This document shows, in pieces, positions 35,772 through 45,353 of a DNA stretch of 64,000 bases; the stretch's first letter is position 1, and each line of letters opens with the position of its first letter. The stretch is taken from the sequence record KJ019086.1, one strand, 5' to 3'. A program made the translations under genes and the position numbers. Below the pieces are notes generated by a model. That model ran no database searches. It worked only from the letters and a program-made list of their open reading frames with translations, and was not told the DNA's origin.

Positions 35772-37532
35772 ATGGGAAGGTTATTCGGTTTTTCAATTGA
35801 AGAAGATGACATCCAACGCCCCGGATCGATAAGTCCGGTTCCCGAAAATAACCAGGATGGTGTAGATTACTATGCCTCTGGTGGTGCGTTTGGTTCTTCT
35901 TACGTTGATATTGAAGGTGTATTTAGAACAGAGTATGATCTGATTCGTAGATACAGAGAAATGGCACTCTACCCCGAAGTGGATTGTGCGGTAGAAGATA
36001 TTGTCAATGAAGCAATTGTTAGTGACCTATATGAATCACCAGTTCAGATTGAACTCAGTAATGTAGATGCTAGTGAGAAAGTAAAGAATATTATTCGTGA
36101 TGAGTTCAAATACATCAAGGAGATGTTGGACTTTGATAAGAGAGCACACGAGATTTTCCGTAACTGGTATATCGACGGTCGTATGCACTACCTAAAGGTT
36201 ATCGACTTCGAGAGACCCCAAGATGGTATTATGGATCTACGATATATTGATCCTATGAAGATCAAGTTTGTTCGTAAGATCAATAATAAAGCACAAAATA
36301 GTCCCATTGCAAGTAAGGTACTAACACTAAACAATACTGGAGCACAGATTCCTAACGGTAGAAACGATGCTTTCAGTGCTGGTATTGATGAGTATTATGT
36401 TTATACTCCTGGTGCATCTACTGGTGGTTGTGGAACTGCGGGTATGGCAGTTGGTAACTCAGCACAATCATCTATCAAGATTGCTAAAGATTCAATTGCC
36501 TACTGTAACTCTGGTCTAGTTGATAGAAACGCACAGACAGTTTTATCCTGGATTCACAAGGCAATCAAAGCGGCCAATCAACTCCGTATGATTGAAGACT
36601 CTATTGTTATCTACAGACTATCAAGAGCACCAGAAAGAAGAATCTTCTATATTGATGTTGGTAATCTACCCAAAGTAAAGGCAGAGCAATACCTACACCA
36701 GGTGATGCAGAGATATAGAAATAAGATGACGTATAACGCATCTACTGGTGAGATGAAGAGTGATAAGAAAGTACTTTCTATGTTGGAAGACTTCTGGTTG
36801 CCTAGAAGAGAAGGTGGTAGAGGAACAGAAATCTCTACACTTCCCGGTGGTCAGAACCTAGGTGAGATCAGTGACCTAGAGTATTTTAGGAATAGACTAT
36901 ATGATTCCCTAAACGTACCTCGTTCCAGACAACCTGGTTCCAGCGATGGTTTTAGTTTGGGACGTTCCAGTGAAATTCTAAGGGATGAAGTTAAGTTCTC
37001 CAAGTTCGTAGCTAGACTCCGTAAGAGATTTGCTGGTCTATTCAATGATATCCTAAAGACTCAACTGATTCTCAAGAATATCATTACTCCCGAAGATTGG
37101 GAGATGTTAAAGGATAACATCCAGTATGATTTCCTCTATGACAACCATTTTGCCGAACTCAAAGATACTGAACTTATGCAGGAGAGATTCAATCTCCTAG
37201 CACAGGCAGAACCTTATATCGGTAAGTATTATTCTCAACAGTATATCAGAACTAAAATCCTCCGTCAAACTGACGGTGAGATGGTAGAGGAAGATAAGCA
37301 GATTGAGAAAGAGATTGAGAGTGGGGCTATTCCAGATCCCGCTCTTATTGATCCCATTACTGGGGAACAAATGATTCCTGGTGGTGAATCTCCACCTGTT
37401 CCAGGAGAAGATCAACCTCAAGATGGTGTTGGTGGTAAAGCTGAAATGGGAGCCCCTATTCAAGATAATGATGTGAAGGTTAACATTGATCGGTCTACCA
37501 AAATGCCGGAAAAGGGATTAGGTGAAATCTAA
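35772..37532 (+). CDS. gp20: Portal vertex protein gp20 (586 aa)
   Basis: Start reassigned to ATG 35772 (MGRLFGFSI); YRLSRAPERRIFYIDVGNLPK.KAEQYL and MLEDFWLPRREGGRGTEI.TLPGG motifs. Confidence 0.97.
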   Translation: MGRLFGFSIEEDDIQRPGSISPVPENNQDGVDYYASGGAFGSSYVDIEGVFRTEYDLIRRYREMALYPEVDCAVEDIVNEAIVSDLYESPVQIELSNVDASEKVKNIIRDEFKYIKEMLDFDKRAHEIFRNWYIDGRMHYLKVIDFERPQDGIMDLRYIDPMKIKFVRKINNKAQNSPIASKVLTLNNTGAQIPNGRNDAFSAGIDEYYVYTPGASTGGCGTAGMAVGNSAQSSIKIAKDSIAYCNSGLVDRNAQTVLSWIHKAIKAANQLRMIEDSIVIYRLSRAPERRIFYIDVGNLPKVKAEQYLHQVMQRYRNKMTYNASTGEMKSDKKVLSMLEDFWLPRREGGRGTEISTLPGGQNLGEISDLEYFRNRLYDSLNVPRSRQPGSSDGFSLGRSSEILRDEVKFSKFVARLRKRFAGLFNDILKTQLILKNIITPEDWEMLKDNIQYDFLYDNHFAELKDTELMQERFNLLAQAEPYIGKYYSQQYIRTKILRQTDGEMVEEDKQIEKEIESGAIPDPALIDPITGEQMIPGGESPPVPGEDQPQDGVGGKAEMGAPIQDNDVKVNIDRSTKMPEKGLGEI

Positions 37533-37537
37533 ACCTA

Positions 37538-37544
37538 ATAAATA
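37538..37544 (+). promoter_or_regulatory. Late promoter ATAAATA
   Basis: Intergenic between the portal and prohead core genes. Confidence 0.6.
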
Positions 37545-37563
37545 AAACATATATCTTTTTATT

Positions 37564-37791
37564 ATGGAAATCGACACATCGGTTGTGGATGCCATTGTGA
37601 GTGGTGAAACACCCGCAGGTATTACACAATCCATTAAGGATCTTCTGTATGCAAAAGCAAGCGAAAGGGTTGATACCTATCGTGATGTAGTAGCAGACAG
37701 AATGTTTGGTGGTTCCGAAGTTCCCGAAGGGGAAACAGAAGAACCAGTAGCCGAACTTGAGAGTGATGAGGAAGGGGTAGAAGAAGAGTGA
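37564..37791 (+). CDS. Small acidic prohead core-like protein (gp67 position)
   Basis: IKDLLYAKASERVD motif and acidic tail; syntenic slot between gp20 and gp21. Confidence 0.65.
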   Translation: MEIDTSVVDAIVSGETPAGITQSIKDLLYAKASERVDTYRDVVADRMFGGSEVPEGETEEPVAELESDEEGVEEE

Positions 37792-38045
37792 TTAAGATTG
37801 TATTCTCCGAGGTTGATAGTCCAACGGACTCTGACCAGGCAATCAGTCTCAACAACTCTAGTGGTGTTAGGGCAATTAATTGTTCTAAAAAACCATATCT
37901 ACTCTACCTAATCGATAACATAAGTGGAGAGACTAGATCACTTACATTAGTGAGTAATGAAAGTCTTATCCTCAAAAAACACAGTTACGATAAGGTATAT
38001 GCTTCATCGAAAACTGTTCGTATCGCTGGAGTAAGCATCTACTAA
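37788..38045 (+). CDS. Conserved hypothetical protein before gp21 (85 aa)
   Basis: GTG start overlapping the previous stop; syntenic slot. Confidence 0.65.
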   Translation: MIKIVFSEVDSPTDSDQAISLNNSSGVRAINCSKKPYLLYLIDNISGETRSLTLVSNESLILKKHSYDKVYASSKTVRIAGVSIY

Positions 38046-38046
38046 C

Positions 38047-38697
38047 ATGAAACTAATTACAGAAGAAATTAACAAGGTTGAATTTATTGTCGAAGAAAAC
38101 AATGGCAAACAGTCATGTTTTATTGAGGGAAACTTCCTTCAGGGCAATATTAAAAACCGAAATGGTCGTGTCTATAGAACCGAGACACTAGCTCGTGAAG
38201 TTGCTCGTTACAATGAACAGTATGTTCAGAACGGACGAGCTCTCGGTGAACTTGGGCATCCTGATGGGCCCACAGTTAACTTGGACCGAGTATCACATAA
38301 CATTATTTCACTTCGTCAAGAGGGAAATAATTTCATAGGTAAGGCAAAACTTCTTGATACTCCTATGGGAAATATCGCTAAGAGCCTTATTGGTGAAGGT
38401 GTTAAACTTGGAGTTTCTTCTCGTGGTGTTGGTTCCATTAGTGAAACGAAGCAAGGATATAAGCTTGTTGGTGAAGACTTTATGTTGGCAACCGCAGCTG
38501 ATATTGTAGCTGATCCTAGTGCCCCAGACGCTTTTGTTCAGGGTATCATGGAAGGAAAAGAGTGGGTTTTTGTTAATGGACTCTTGAGAGAGAGTGACAT
38601 TAAGAGCACACAGTCTACAATTGACAAACTAGTTGTCACAAAGGAACTTGAGGAGAAGAAGATTCAACTTTTTCAAGATTTTCTTTCAAATCTATAA
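38047..38697 (+). CDS. gp21: Prohead protease gp21
   Basis: MKLITE, NRNGRVY, ALGELGHP, LGVSSRG, DIVADPSAPDAFV. Confidence 0.98.
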   Translation: MKLITEEINKVEFIVEENNGKQSCFIEGNFLQGNIKNRNGRVYRTETLAREVARYNEQYVQNGRALGELGHPDGPTVNLDRVSHNIISLRQEGNNFIGKAKLLDTPMGNIAKSLIGEGVKLGVSSRGVGSISETKQGYKLVGEDFMLATAADIVADPSAPDAFVQGIMEGKEWVFVNGLLRESDIKSTQSTIDKLVVTKELEEKKIQLFQDFLSNL

Positions 38698-38701
38698 ACT
38701 C

Positions 38702-38709
38702 TATAAATA
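38702..38709 (+). promoter_or_regulatory. Late promoter TATAAATA
   Basis: Exact consensus upstream of gp22. Confidence 0.8.
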
Positions 38710-38765
38710 AACATAGATTTATATTATATAAATTACACTCGTCGGTAGCAATCTAATTACAAGAC

Positions 38766-39869
38766 ATGGAAAACGTAGTAACGAAAGGTGCTAAGTCGGC
38801 TGAGGCTATGGATAAAGTCTCACCCAGCGTAGTACCCGGACAGTCAATCACCGATCTCGGTGGTCCTACTCCCGAAAACTATACTAATGAGCCTGACGGC
38901 TCTGCGAAGCTTAATGACGCCGGTGGTCCCCTCAAGAAAGTTGAGGATGTGGTCACCAAAGGCGCTAAGAAGTCAGAAGGTATGGAAAAGGCATCCCCAG
39001 AACCACCATCTGGTGGAACAACTGATGCCCGATCCGCTTCTTCACAAGCTGAGAAAGTAACAACCAAACCCCCCGGTCAAACCACTAAGGAAGAGACTGA
39101 GGTAGAGGAAGAGGAAGTTCTTATTTCAGAAATTGATATTGAAGAAGACGTAACTGCACTTCTAAGTGGTGAGGAGCTCTCTGAAGAATTTCAGAGTAAG
39201 GCTCGTACCATCTTTGAAGCGGCCATCCGTAACAAGGTTGCTATCGCTAAAGAAGAACTCCAAGTAGCATACGAAACTCGCCTAGTTGAAGAACTAGAGC
39301 TAGTACGTGAGTCAGTCGCTAGTCGAGTTGACGCATACTTAGAGTACGTAGCCGATGAGTGGATGGCTGAAAATGCCATCGCCGTCGAACATGGACTAAG
39401 AACTGAAATGACAGAGAGCTTTATCTCTGGCATGAAGCAACTATTTGACAGTCACTATGTTTCAATCCCTGAAGAGAGATTTGATGTAGTAGAGTCCATG
39501 GTTGAGAAACTTGATGAAATGGAAGAAAAACTCAATGAGCAAATTGAGCGTAACATCACCCTAAACAGCCGTTTAGGTCAAACTGTTGCTGAAGGTATCT
39601 TCATAGAAGTATCTGAAGGATTAGCTGAAACCCAAAAGGATAAGCTTATCGCCCTTGCTGAAAACGTTGAGTTTGATAGTGAAGCAGGTTATCGTGAGAA
39701 ACTAGAGAGTCTCAAGGAATCTTATTTCCCTGGTAGACCCTCAACTATCGCGAGCAGAAACAGTGTAGAGGACCTTACTGAAGAGGTTAACGTTGGTGGG
39801 GAAGCCCGTCAGGTTACCGGTTCAATGGCCGCCTACCTACAGACACTCGATAGAGTTTCTAAAAAGTGA
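38766..39869 (+). CDS. gp22: Prohead core scaffold gp22
   Basis: DLGGPTPEN, LSEEF..KA.TIFEAA, VDAYLEYVADEW, KLESLKESYF. Confidence 0.95.
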   Translation: MENVVTKGAKSAEAMDKVSPSVVPGQSITDLGGPTPENYTNEPDGSAKLNDAGGPLKKVEDVVTKGAKKSEGMEKASPEPPSGGTTDARSASSQAEKVTTKPPGQTTKEETEVEEEEVLISEIDIEEDVTALLSGEELSEEFQSKARTIFEAAIRNKVAIAKEELQVAYETRLVEELELVRESVASRVDAYLEYVADEWMAENAIAVEHGLRTEMTESFISGMKQLFDSHYVSIPEERFDVVESMVEKLDEMEEKLNEQIERNITLNSRLGQTVAEGIFIEVSEGLAETQKDKLIALAENVEFDSEAGYREKLESLKESYFPGRPSTIASRNSVEDLTEEVNVGGEARQVTGSMAAYLQTLDRVSKK

Positions 39870-39922
39870 ATTCTAAATTATTAGATCAAACAAAACATTT
39901 TTAACAATAGGTTTTAAAACAA

Positions 39923-41326
39923 ATGTACAATTCCGCAAACTCCGAATTTCTCCAGGAGAAGTGGGCACCAATCCTCGAGCACGGTGAGTCCATCCAGGAC
40001 GCACACAAGCGTGCCGTAACTGCCCAACTTCTAGAGAACCAGGAAGTAGCCCTTTCCGAAGAGCGTGCTTTCCTTTCAGAAGCTCCAACAGTAAACACCG
40101 ACCCCAACGCAACTGGCAACGCTGGTTTCTCTGGTAATGGTGATCAATCAGTAGCTGGTTTCGATCCAGTACTTATCAGCCTCATCCGTCGTTCAATGCC
40201 TAACTTGATGGCATACGACCTTTGTGGTGTTCAGCCAATGAACGGTCCTACCGGTCTTATCTTCGCGATGAGAAGCCGTTATGACTCACAGACAGGCGAC
40301 GAGACCTTCTACAACGAAGTCAACTCTGCCTTCTCCGCACAGAACCAGTCCGGTACAGCTACTCAGGGTAACTACTCTGGTCAGGTTGGCGCTGGTAACA
40401 CAGTTGGTTTCGGTACAACCGCACAACGTGGTTCTAACCCCTCAATCCTCAACCCCGAGCCCGGTGACCAAGTTGGTTACAACGTAGGCCAGGGTATGTT
40501 GACCCAGGACGCTGAGAACCTTGGCGAAACTGGTACAGAGTTCAATGAGATGGGCTTCTCAATCGAGAAGGTCACCGTAACTGCTAAGTCACGGGCACTC
40601 AAGGCTCAGTACAGCATGGAATTGGCTCAGGATCTCAAAGCGATCCACGGTCTAAACGCCGAAGCTGAACTATCTAACATCCTCGCCTCTGAAATTCTTT
40701 CAGAGATCAACAGAGAAGTTGTTAGAACTATCTACAAGTCAGCTGTATTCGGTGCTCAGAACAACGTAGCCACTCCTGGTGTATTTGACCTAGACGTTGA
40801 TTCCAACGGTAGATGGTCAGTTGAGAAGTTCAAAGGACTTATCTTCCAGATCGAAAGAGACGCTAACGCGATCGCGCAACAAACTCGTAGAGGAAAGGGT
40901 AACTTCATCCTTTGTTCCGCGGATGTTGCTTCAGCTCTAACCATGGCTGGTGTACTTGACTACACCCCAGCACTCAACGCTAACCTTAACGTTGATGACA
41001 CCGGTAACACCTTCGCTGGTGTTCTACAAGGTAAGTATAGAGTCTACATTGACCCATACGCAGCTAACGTCAGCAACAACCAGTACTATGTCGCTGGTTA
41101 CAAAGGTTCCTCACCTTATGACGCTGGTCTCTTTTATTGCCCCTACGTGCCATTGCAGATGGTCCGTTCAGTTGGACAGGACACCTTCCAGCCACGTATC
41201 GGATTCAAGACCCGTTACGGAATGGTCGCAAACCCATTCGCAGAAGGTCTTGAAGCTGGCTATGGCCGCATCACTCCTAACTCCAACGTCTACTACAGAC
41301 GCGTTCAAGTTAAGAACTTGATGTGA
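39923..41326 (+). CDS. gp23: Major capsid protein gp23
   Basis: KWAPILEH, FDPVLISLIRRSMP, GVQPMNGPTGLIFAMRS, KSRALKA.YS.ELAQDLKAIHG, YCPYVPLQM. Confidence 0.99.
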   Translation: MYNSANSEFLQEKWAPILEHGESIQDAHKRAVTAQLLENQEVALSEERAFLSEAPTVNTDPNATGNAGFSGNGDQSVAGFDPVLISLIRRSMPNLMAYDLCGVQPMNGPTGLIFAMRSRYDSQTGDETFYNEVNSAFSAQNQSGTATQGNYSGQVGAGNTVGFGTTAQRGSNPSILNPEPGDQVGYNVGQGMLTQDAENLGETGTEFNEMGFSIEKVTVTAKSRALKAQYSMELAQDLKAIHGLNAEAELSNILASEILSEINREVVRTIYKSAVFGAQNNVATPGVFDLDVDSNGRWSVEKFKGLIFQIERDANAIAQQTRRGKGNFILCSADVASALTMAGVLDYTPALNANLNVDDTGNTFAGVLQGKYRVYIDPYAANVSNNQYYVAGYKGSSPYDAGLFYCPYVPLQMVRSVGQDTFQPRIGFKTRYGMVANPFAEGLEAGYGRITPNSNVYYRRVQVKNLM

Positions 41327-41378
41327 TCCAATAGCTCCGACGAGTTTTATCACATCAAACACTTACTGTGTTATACTT

Positions 41379-41403
41379 GGGGGACTTCGGTCCCCCTTTT
41401 TTT
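41379..41403 (+). terminator. Rho-independent terminator after gp23 (UUCG tetraloop)
   Basis: gggggac-ttcg-gtccccc followed by a T-run. Confidence 0.92.
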
Positions 41404-41408
41404 GTGCT

Positions 41409-41768
41409 ATGGATGAGTTTAGTTGGTTTGTAGGTATATACGAGGGAGAGGGTTGCTTCGGCTCCCGTATCTGTAAGAAGAAATATAAGGATAGGGAGTA
41501 TAGGAATGCCGGTATCTACCTCACTATCAAGATGACCGATGAGGACACTATTGCCAGAGTTGCAAAGTTCCTAGGTCAGTCCTATGGTGTAGTGGATAGG
41601 AAGTATTCAGAGAGAACAGGTAGAAAGACCTTATACAGGGTTAGACAGATGGGAGGGGCTAGTAATGGCAAACTATATGACTTAGCCCAAAGGATGCTCC
41701 CACACCTATCACAGAGGAGACAGGAACAGATCAGAGGACATATTGAGAAGGCTCAGAACCTAATATAA
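41409..41768 (+). mobile_element. Free-standing single-motif LAGLIDADG-like homing endonuclease ORF (119 aa)
   Basis: N-terminal SWFVGIYEGEGCF matches the LAGLIDADG helix (W.AG..EGEG.F), followed by the LTIKMTDEDTIARV strand-helix pattern and a terminal P.LS.RR motif. Confidence 0.72.
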
Positions 41769-41814
41769 GTGGTGATATCCCTACATCATGTTGCCGGACG
41801 CAAATACTTAATGT

Positions 41815-41822
41815 TATAAATA
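41815..41822 (+). promoter_or_regulatory. Late promoter TATAAATA (plus sigma70-like TGTGTTATACT at 41845)
   Basis: Exact consensus followed by the hairpin actagg/cctagt, upstream of the OMP gene. Confidence 0.7.
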
Positions 41823-41882
41823 CTAGGAATACATACCTAGTGTATGTGTTATACTTAACAGTCCGTATTCGGAGAAGAATTA

Positions 41883-42290
41883 ATGAGTCTTAAAATGATT
41901 GCGCTAGCTAGTCTAGCTGCCCCCGCTGCACTACTAGCAGCACCTTCAGCACAAGCTGAAGTAATCTTTGCTGGCGAACCACAAGAACTAAGTGGTTTCT
42001 ATGTAACCACCGAAGCCAACTCTGGTTGGACCGGTGATGACTACAGAGGATCCATCATTGATGTTCGCGCTGGTTACGAAGCCGCACTTACAGACACAAT
42101 CGACGCATATGTCGAAGTAGGTCCTGCCTTCCTAATGCCTGATGGTAGTGACAACACAACCGAAGTCGGAGCTGAGGTAGGTGCATCTATTGCCGCCACC
42201 GATCACCTAGAATTCTACGGAGAATTCGAAGTCATCTCTGGTGATCTTAATGATTATGGCACCAAGTTTGGCGCAACATATCGCTTTTAG
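41883..42290 (+). CDS. Small host-like outer-membrane beta-barrel protein with signal peptide
   Basis: Sec signal ending AQA, alternating hydrophobic beta strands, and C-terminal YGTKFGATYRF (BAM-type terminal Phe). Confidence 0.75.
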   Translation: MSLKMIALASLAAPAALLAAPSAQAEVIFAGEPQELSGFYVTTEANSGWTGDDYRGSIIDVRAGYEAALTDTIDAYVEVGPAFLMPDGSDNTTEVGAEVGASIAATDHLEFYGEFEVISGDLNDYGTKFGATYRF

Positions 42291-42327
42291 TGTTATAATG
42301 TAAGTAGCTTGGGAAGCTGAGTTACTC

Positions 42328-42355
42328 ACCCCTACCCAAGCGGTGGGGGTTTTTT
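42328..42355 (+). terminator. Rho-independent terminator after the OMP gene
   Basis: acccctacc-caagc-ggtgggggt followed by a T-run. Confidence 0.85.
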
Positions 42356-42374
42356 ATTGCCTAGATAAACAACT

Positions 42375-42635
42375 ATGAACGGATCATTAGACCCAGACGA
42401 AAGAGTGTTGAGTGCTAACTCCAAACTATCAGAAGTACCAGTATCCCTACAAAGGGCTATTGATATTCTTGGTTGGAATGATATAGACGACATTCGTGTA
42501 GAGATTGGTGGATGTGCTACTAGTGGTATTCACCAGAAAGAAGACGCAAACCCAAAGTGGGCTCGTCAATTTGGTGATACTGTCTATAACAAAGACGCAT
42601 TTATTGTTATCAAAAATAGAAGCAGAGATCAATGA
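42375..42635 (+). CDS. Conserved picocyanobacterial/cyanophage hypothetical protein (86 aa)
   Basis: GSLDPDERV...IGG..SGIHQ...NPKWA..FG...Y..DAFIVIKNRSR pattern, recalled from marine cyanobacteria and their phages. Confidence 0.65.
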   Translation: MNGSLDPDERVLSANSKLSEVPVSLQRAIDILGWNDIDDIRVEIGGCATSGIHQKEDANPKWARQFGDTVYNKDAFIVIKNRSRDQ

Positions 42636-43213
42636 CCAACATCTACTACAAACAACTGGACAATAGGAACTTTATGAGTCCTATTGGATTTCAGTTTTCT
42701 ATTGCTAGATATCCTAAAGTTTCCTTCTTTAGTAATAAAGCAGGACTACCTGAGATTCGTTTGGGTGGGGCAGAACAAGCCAACTATCTAAAACAGATTA
42801 TGCACCCTGGAGATAGGGTAGAGTATGGTGAACTCAATATTGAGTTCCTAGTGGACGAAGATATGTTGAACTATACTCTCATTCATAACTGGATTACTGG
42901 TTTGGGATTCCCAGAGACTCCCCAACAATTCAAAGATATCACCACCAATCAAAAAGGTGAAGATGATATGAAGATCCAGTATAGTGATGGAACACTTGCT
43001 ATTTTGAATAGTAACTATAATACTATTGCGAAAGTTAAGTTCTGGGATCTATATCCCACTTCACTATCAACTCTTGAGTTCTCTGCTACAGATGCTGATA
43101 TCAATTACTTTATTGCAAGTACAACATTCAGTTTCTTGTACTATCAGATCTTGGGTAAGGATAATGAACCCCTAACTCCTGAATTTGTAAACCAATCATT
43201 GAATACTCGATGA
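42632..43213 (+). CDS. gp3: Tail tube terminator / tail completion protein gp3
   Basis: NRNFMSPIGFQF, PGDRVEYGEL.I.FLVDE, F.DLYPTSLS.LEF. Confidence 0.9.
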   Translation: MTNIYYKQLDNRNFMSPIGFQFSIARYPKVSFFSNKAGLPEIRLGGAEQANYLKQIMHPGDRVEYGELNIEFLVDEDMLNYTLIHNWITGLGFPETPQQFKDITTNQKGEDDMKIQYSDGTLAILNSNYNTIAKVKFWDLYPTSLSTLEFSATDADINYFIASTTFSFLYYQILGKDNEPLTPEFVNQSLNTR

Positions 43214-43644
43214 ACCTTGATGAACTTCAATCCATGTGGGAGCGTGACTCCAAGATGGATATGGATAACTTACACGATGAATCACTAAAGATACCCCAAC
43301 TTCACCAGAAATACTTTACCCTGTATACTACTACCAAACTTCTAAAGAAGAAGGCAGAGGATACTATCAGTAAGGTGAGGTTGGAACGCCACAACTACTA
43401 TAGTGGCAAAGCTTCCGCAGAGGTATATGTGGAGGAACCCTTTCCATATAAGGTAAGGGACAAAGAATCTATGAACCTACACCTGAACGCAGATGAAAAG
43501 CTGACGAAGGTGAAGTTGAAAATACAGTATTACGAAATGATGTTGGAGTATCTTGAGGATGTCCTCAGGATGATTCATGCACGTGGATACCAAATTAAAA
43601 ACAGTATAGATTTCCTCCGGTTCCAAGCAGGGATCGGCATGTAA
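43210..43644 (+). CDS. uvsY: Recombination mediator UvsY
   Basis: W..DS.MD..NL..ESLKIPQLH.KY, YY.GKA, RGYQIKN.I.F. Confidence 0.92.
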   Translation: MNLDELQSMWERDSKMDMDNLHDESLKIPQLHQKYFTLYTTTKLLKKKAEDTISKVRLERHNYYSGKASAEVYVEEPFPYKVRDKESMNLHLNADEKLTKVKLKIQYYEMMLEYLEDVLRMIHARGYQIKNSIDFLRFQAGIGM

Positions 43645-43649
43645 CAACT

Positions 43650-43838
43650 ATGAAACAATACGACTACTCAGTAGATCTCACAATAGCTGATGTAAAACTC
43701 ATCCACCATTGTGTAACCAAGAGGATTGAAATGTGGGAGGGTTCTCCTGCACGTCCCCCAGAAGAACAAGAACACTTGTGGGCACTAAGGGATGGGTTTT
43801 TCACTATCATCCTAGAAGAAACATTTAATAGAAAGTAA
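43650..43838 (+). CDS. Conserved cyanophage hypothetical protein (62 aa)
   Basis: W.GSPARPPEEQEHL motif; tight packing. Confidence 0.7.
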   Translation: MKQYDYSVDLTIADVKLIHHCVTKRIEMWEGSPARPPEEQEHLWALRDGFFTIILEETFNRK

Positions 43839-43885
43839 TACTATTTGATAGCATATACATACTAATAGGTTATGCCTATTACATT

Positions 43886-45349
43886 ATGTCATCTGACTTG
43901 ACTATAACCAAAGTTAATGAAGTATATTTAAAAGTAGATTGTGACCCTCATATTCAGTATGAGTTGAGGGATGCTTTCTGCTTTGAAGTTCCTGGTGCTA
44001 AATTCCATCCGTCATACAGAAAGAAGTTCTGGGATGGAAATATTCACCTGTTCTCACCACAGACTAGACAACTATACGTAGGTCTATTGGATAGACTGAT
44101 TGCCTTCTGTGATCAGTATGGGTATACGTATGCCTTTAAAGATAATAAGTTCTATGGTCTCCCATATGAGATTAACGAGAACATCTCCCCAGAAGGGGTT
44201 GCAGACTGGGTGAAATCCATTACCAGTTATAAACCCCGTGACTATCAGTTGCACGGTATCTACGCCGCTCTACGGTCCAATAGGAAGTTGATTGTATCTC
44301 CTACTGCATCTGGTAAGTCATTAATGATCTATGCCTTGGTGGCATACTACACACAGAAACACGAAAATATATTGATTGTTGTTCCTACTACATCCCTAGT
44401 GGAACAGATGTATAAGGATTTTGCAGACTACGGGTTTGATGTGGGAACGAACTGCCATAAGATATATGCTGGACGAGAGAATACAACAGATAAACAAGTA
44501 ACTATTACAACCTGGCAGTCTATCTACAAGTTACCTAAGACATACTTTCAGAAGTATAGTGTAGTGATTGGGGATGAGGCACACAACTTCAAGTCTAAGT
44601 CTCTAGTATCCATTATGAGTAAGTTGTGTGATGCAAAGTATAGATATGGGTTCACAGGTACTTTAGACGGGTCACAGACCCATAAGTGGGTGTTAGAGGG
44701 GTTGTTTGGTCCTTCATACAATACTATCAGAACAAAAGAGTTGATGGAGGCAGGACATGTTGCTAAATTAGACATCAAAGTTCTTCTACTGAAACATGAT
44801 GAACAAATCTTTCCAAGATTTGAGGATGAAATCCAATATCTAATTGGACATGAGAAGAGAAACAAGTTTATAAGTAACTTATCTTTAGATCTAAAAGGTA
44901 ACACTCTAGTTCTCTTTGCTAGGGTGGAGAAACACGGAGAGGTCCTCTACAATCTAATAAATAGTAAGGCAGAAGAGGGTAGAAACGTCTTCTTCGTTCA
45001 TGGTGGTGTTGATGTAGAGTCCAGAGAACAGGTACGAACTATTACTGAGAGGGAGAACAATGCTATTATCATTGCCTCTTATGGAGTTTATAGTACGGGT
45101 ATTAACATTAAAAACCTACACAACGTTATCTTTGCTTCCCCATCTAAGTCCAGGATCAGGAACCTGCAATCGATTGGTAGGGTACTGAGAAAGGGAACAA
45201 ATAAAGATAAGGCAATGTTATATGACATTGCTGATGACTGCACAAAAGGATCAAGAAGAAACTACACACTTAATCATCTTATAGAGAGGATCAAGATTTA
45301 CAACAATGAAAAGTTCAATTATGACATAGTAAATATTAATCTAAGGTAA
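43886..45349 (+). CDS. uvsW: DNA helicase UvsW
   Basis: SPTASGKS, DEAH, GFTGT, QSIGRVLR (SF2 motifs). Confidence 0.97.
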   Translation: MSSDLTITKVNEVYLKVDCDPHIQYELRDAFCFEVPGAKFHPSYRKKFWDGNIHLFSPQTRQLYVGLLDRLIAFCDQYGYTYAFKDNKFYGLPYEINENISPEGVADWVKSITSYKPRDYQLHGIYAALRSNRKLIVSPTASGKSLMIYALVAYYTQKHENILIVVPTTSLVEQMYKDFADYGFDVGTNCHKIYAGRENTTDKQVTITTWQSIYKLPKTYFQKYSVVIGDEAHNFKSKSLVSIMSKLCDAKYRYGFTGTLDGSQTHKWVLEGLFGPSYNTIRTKELMEAGHVAKLDIKVLLLKHDEQIFPRFEDEIQYLIGHEKRNKFISNLSLDLKGNTLVLFARVEKHGEVLYNLINSKAEEGRNVFFVHGGVDVESREQVRTITERENNAIIIASYGVYSTGINIKNLHNVIFASPSKSRIRNLQSIGRVLRKGTNKDKAMLYDIADDCTKGSRRNYTLNHLIERIKIYNNEKFNYDIVNINLR

Positions 45350-45353
45350 TCTT

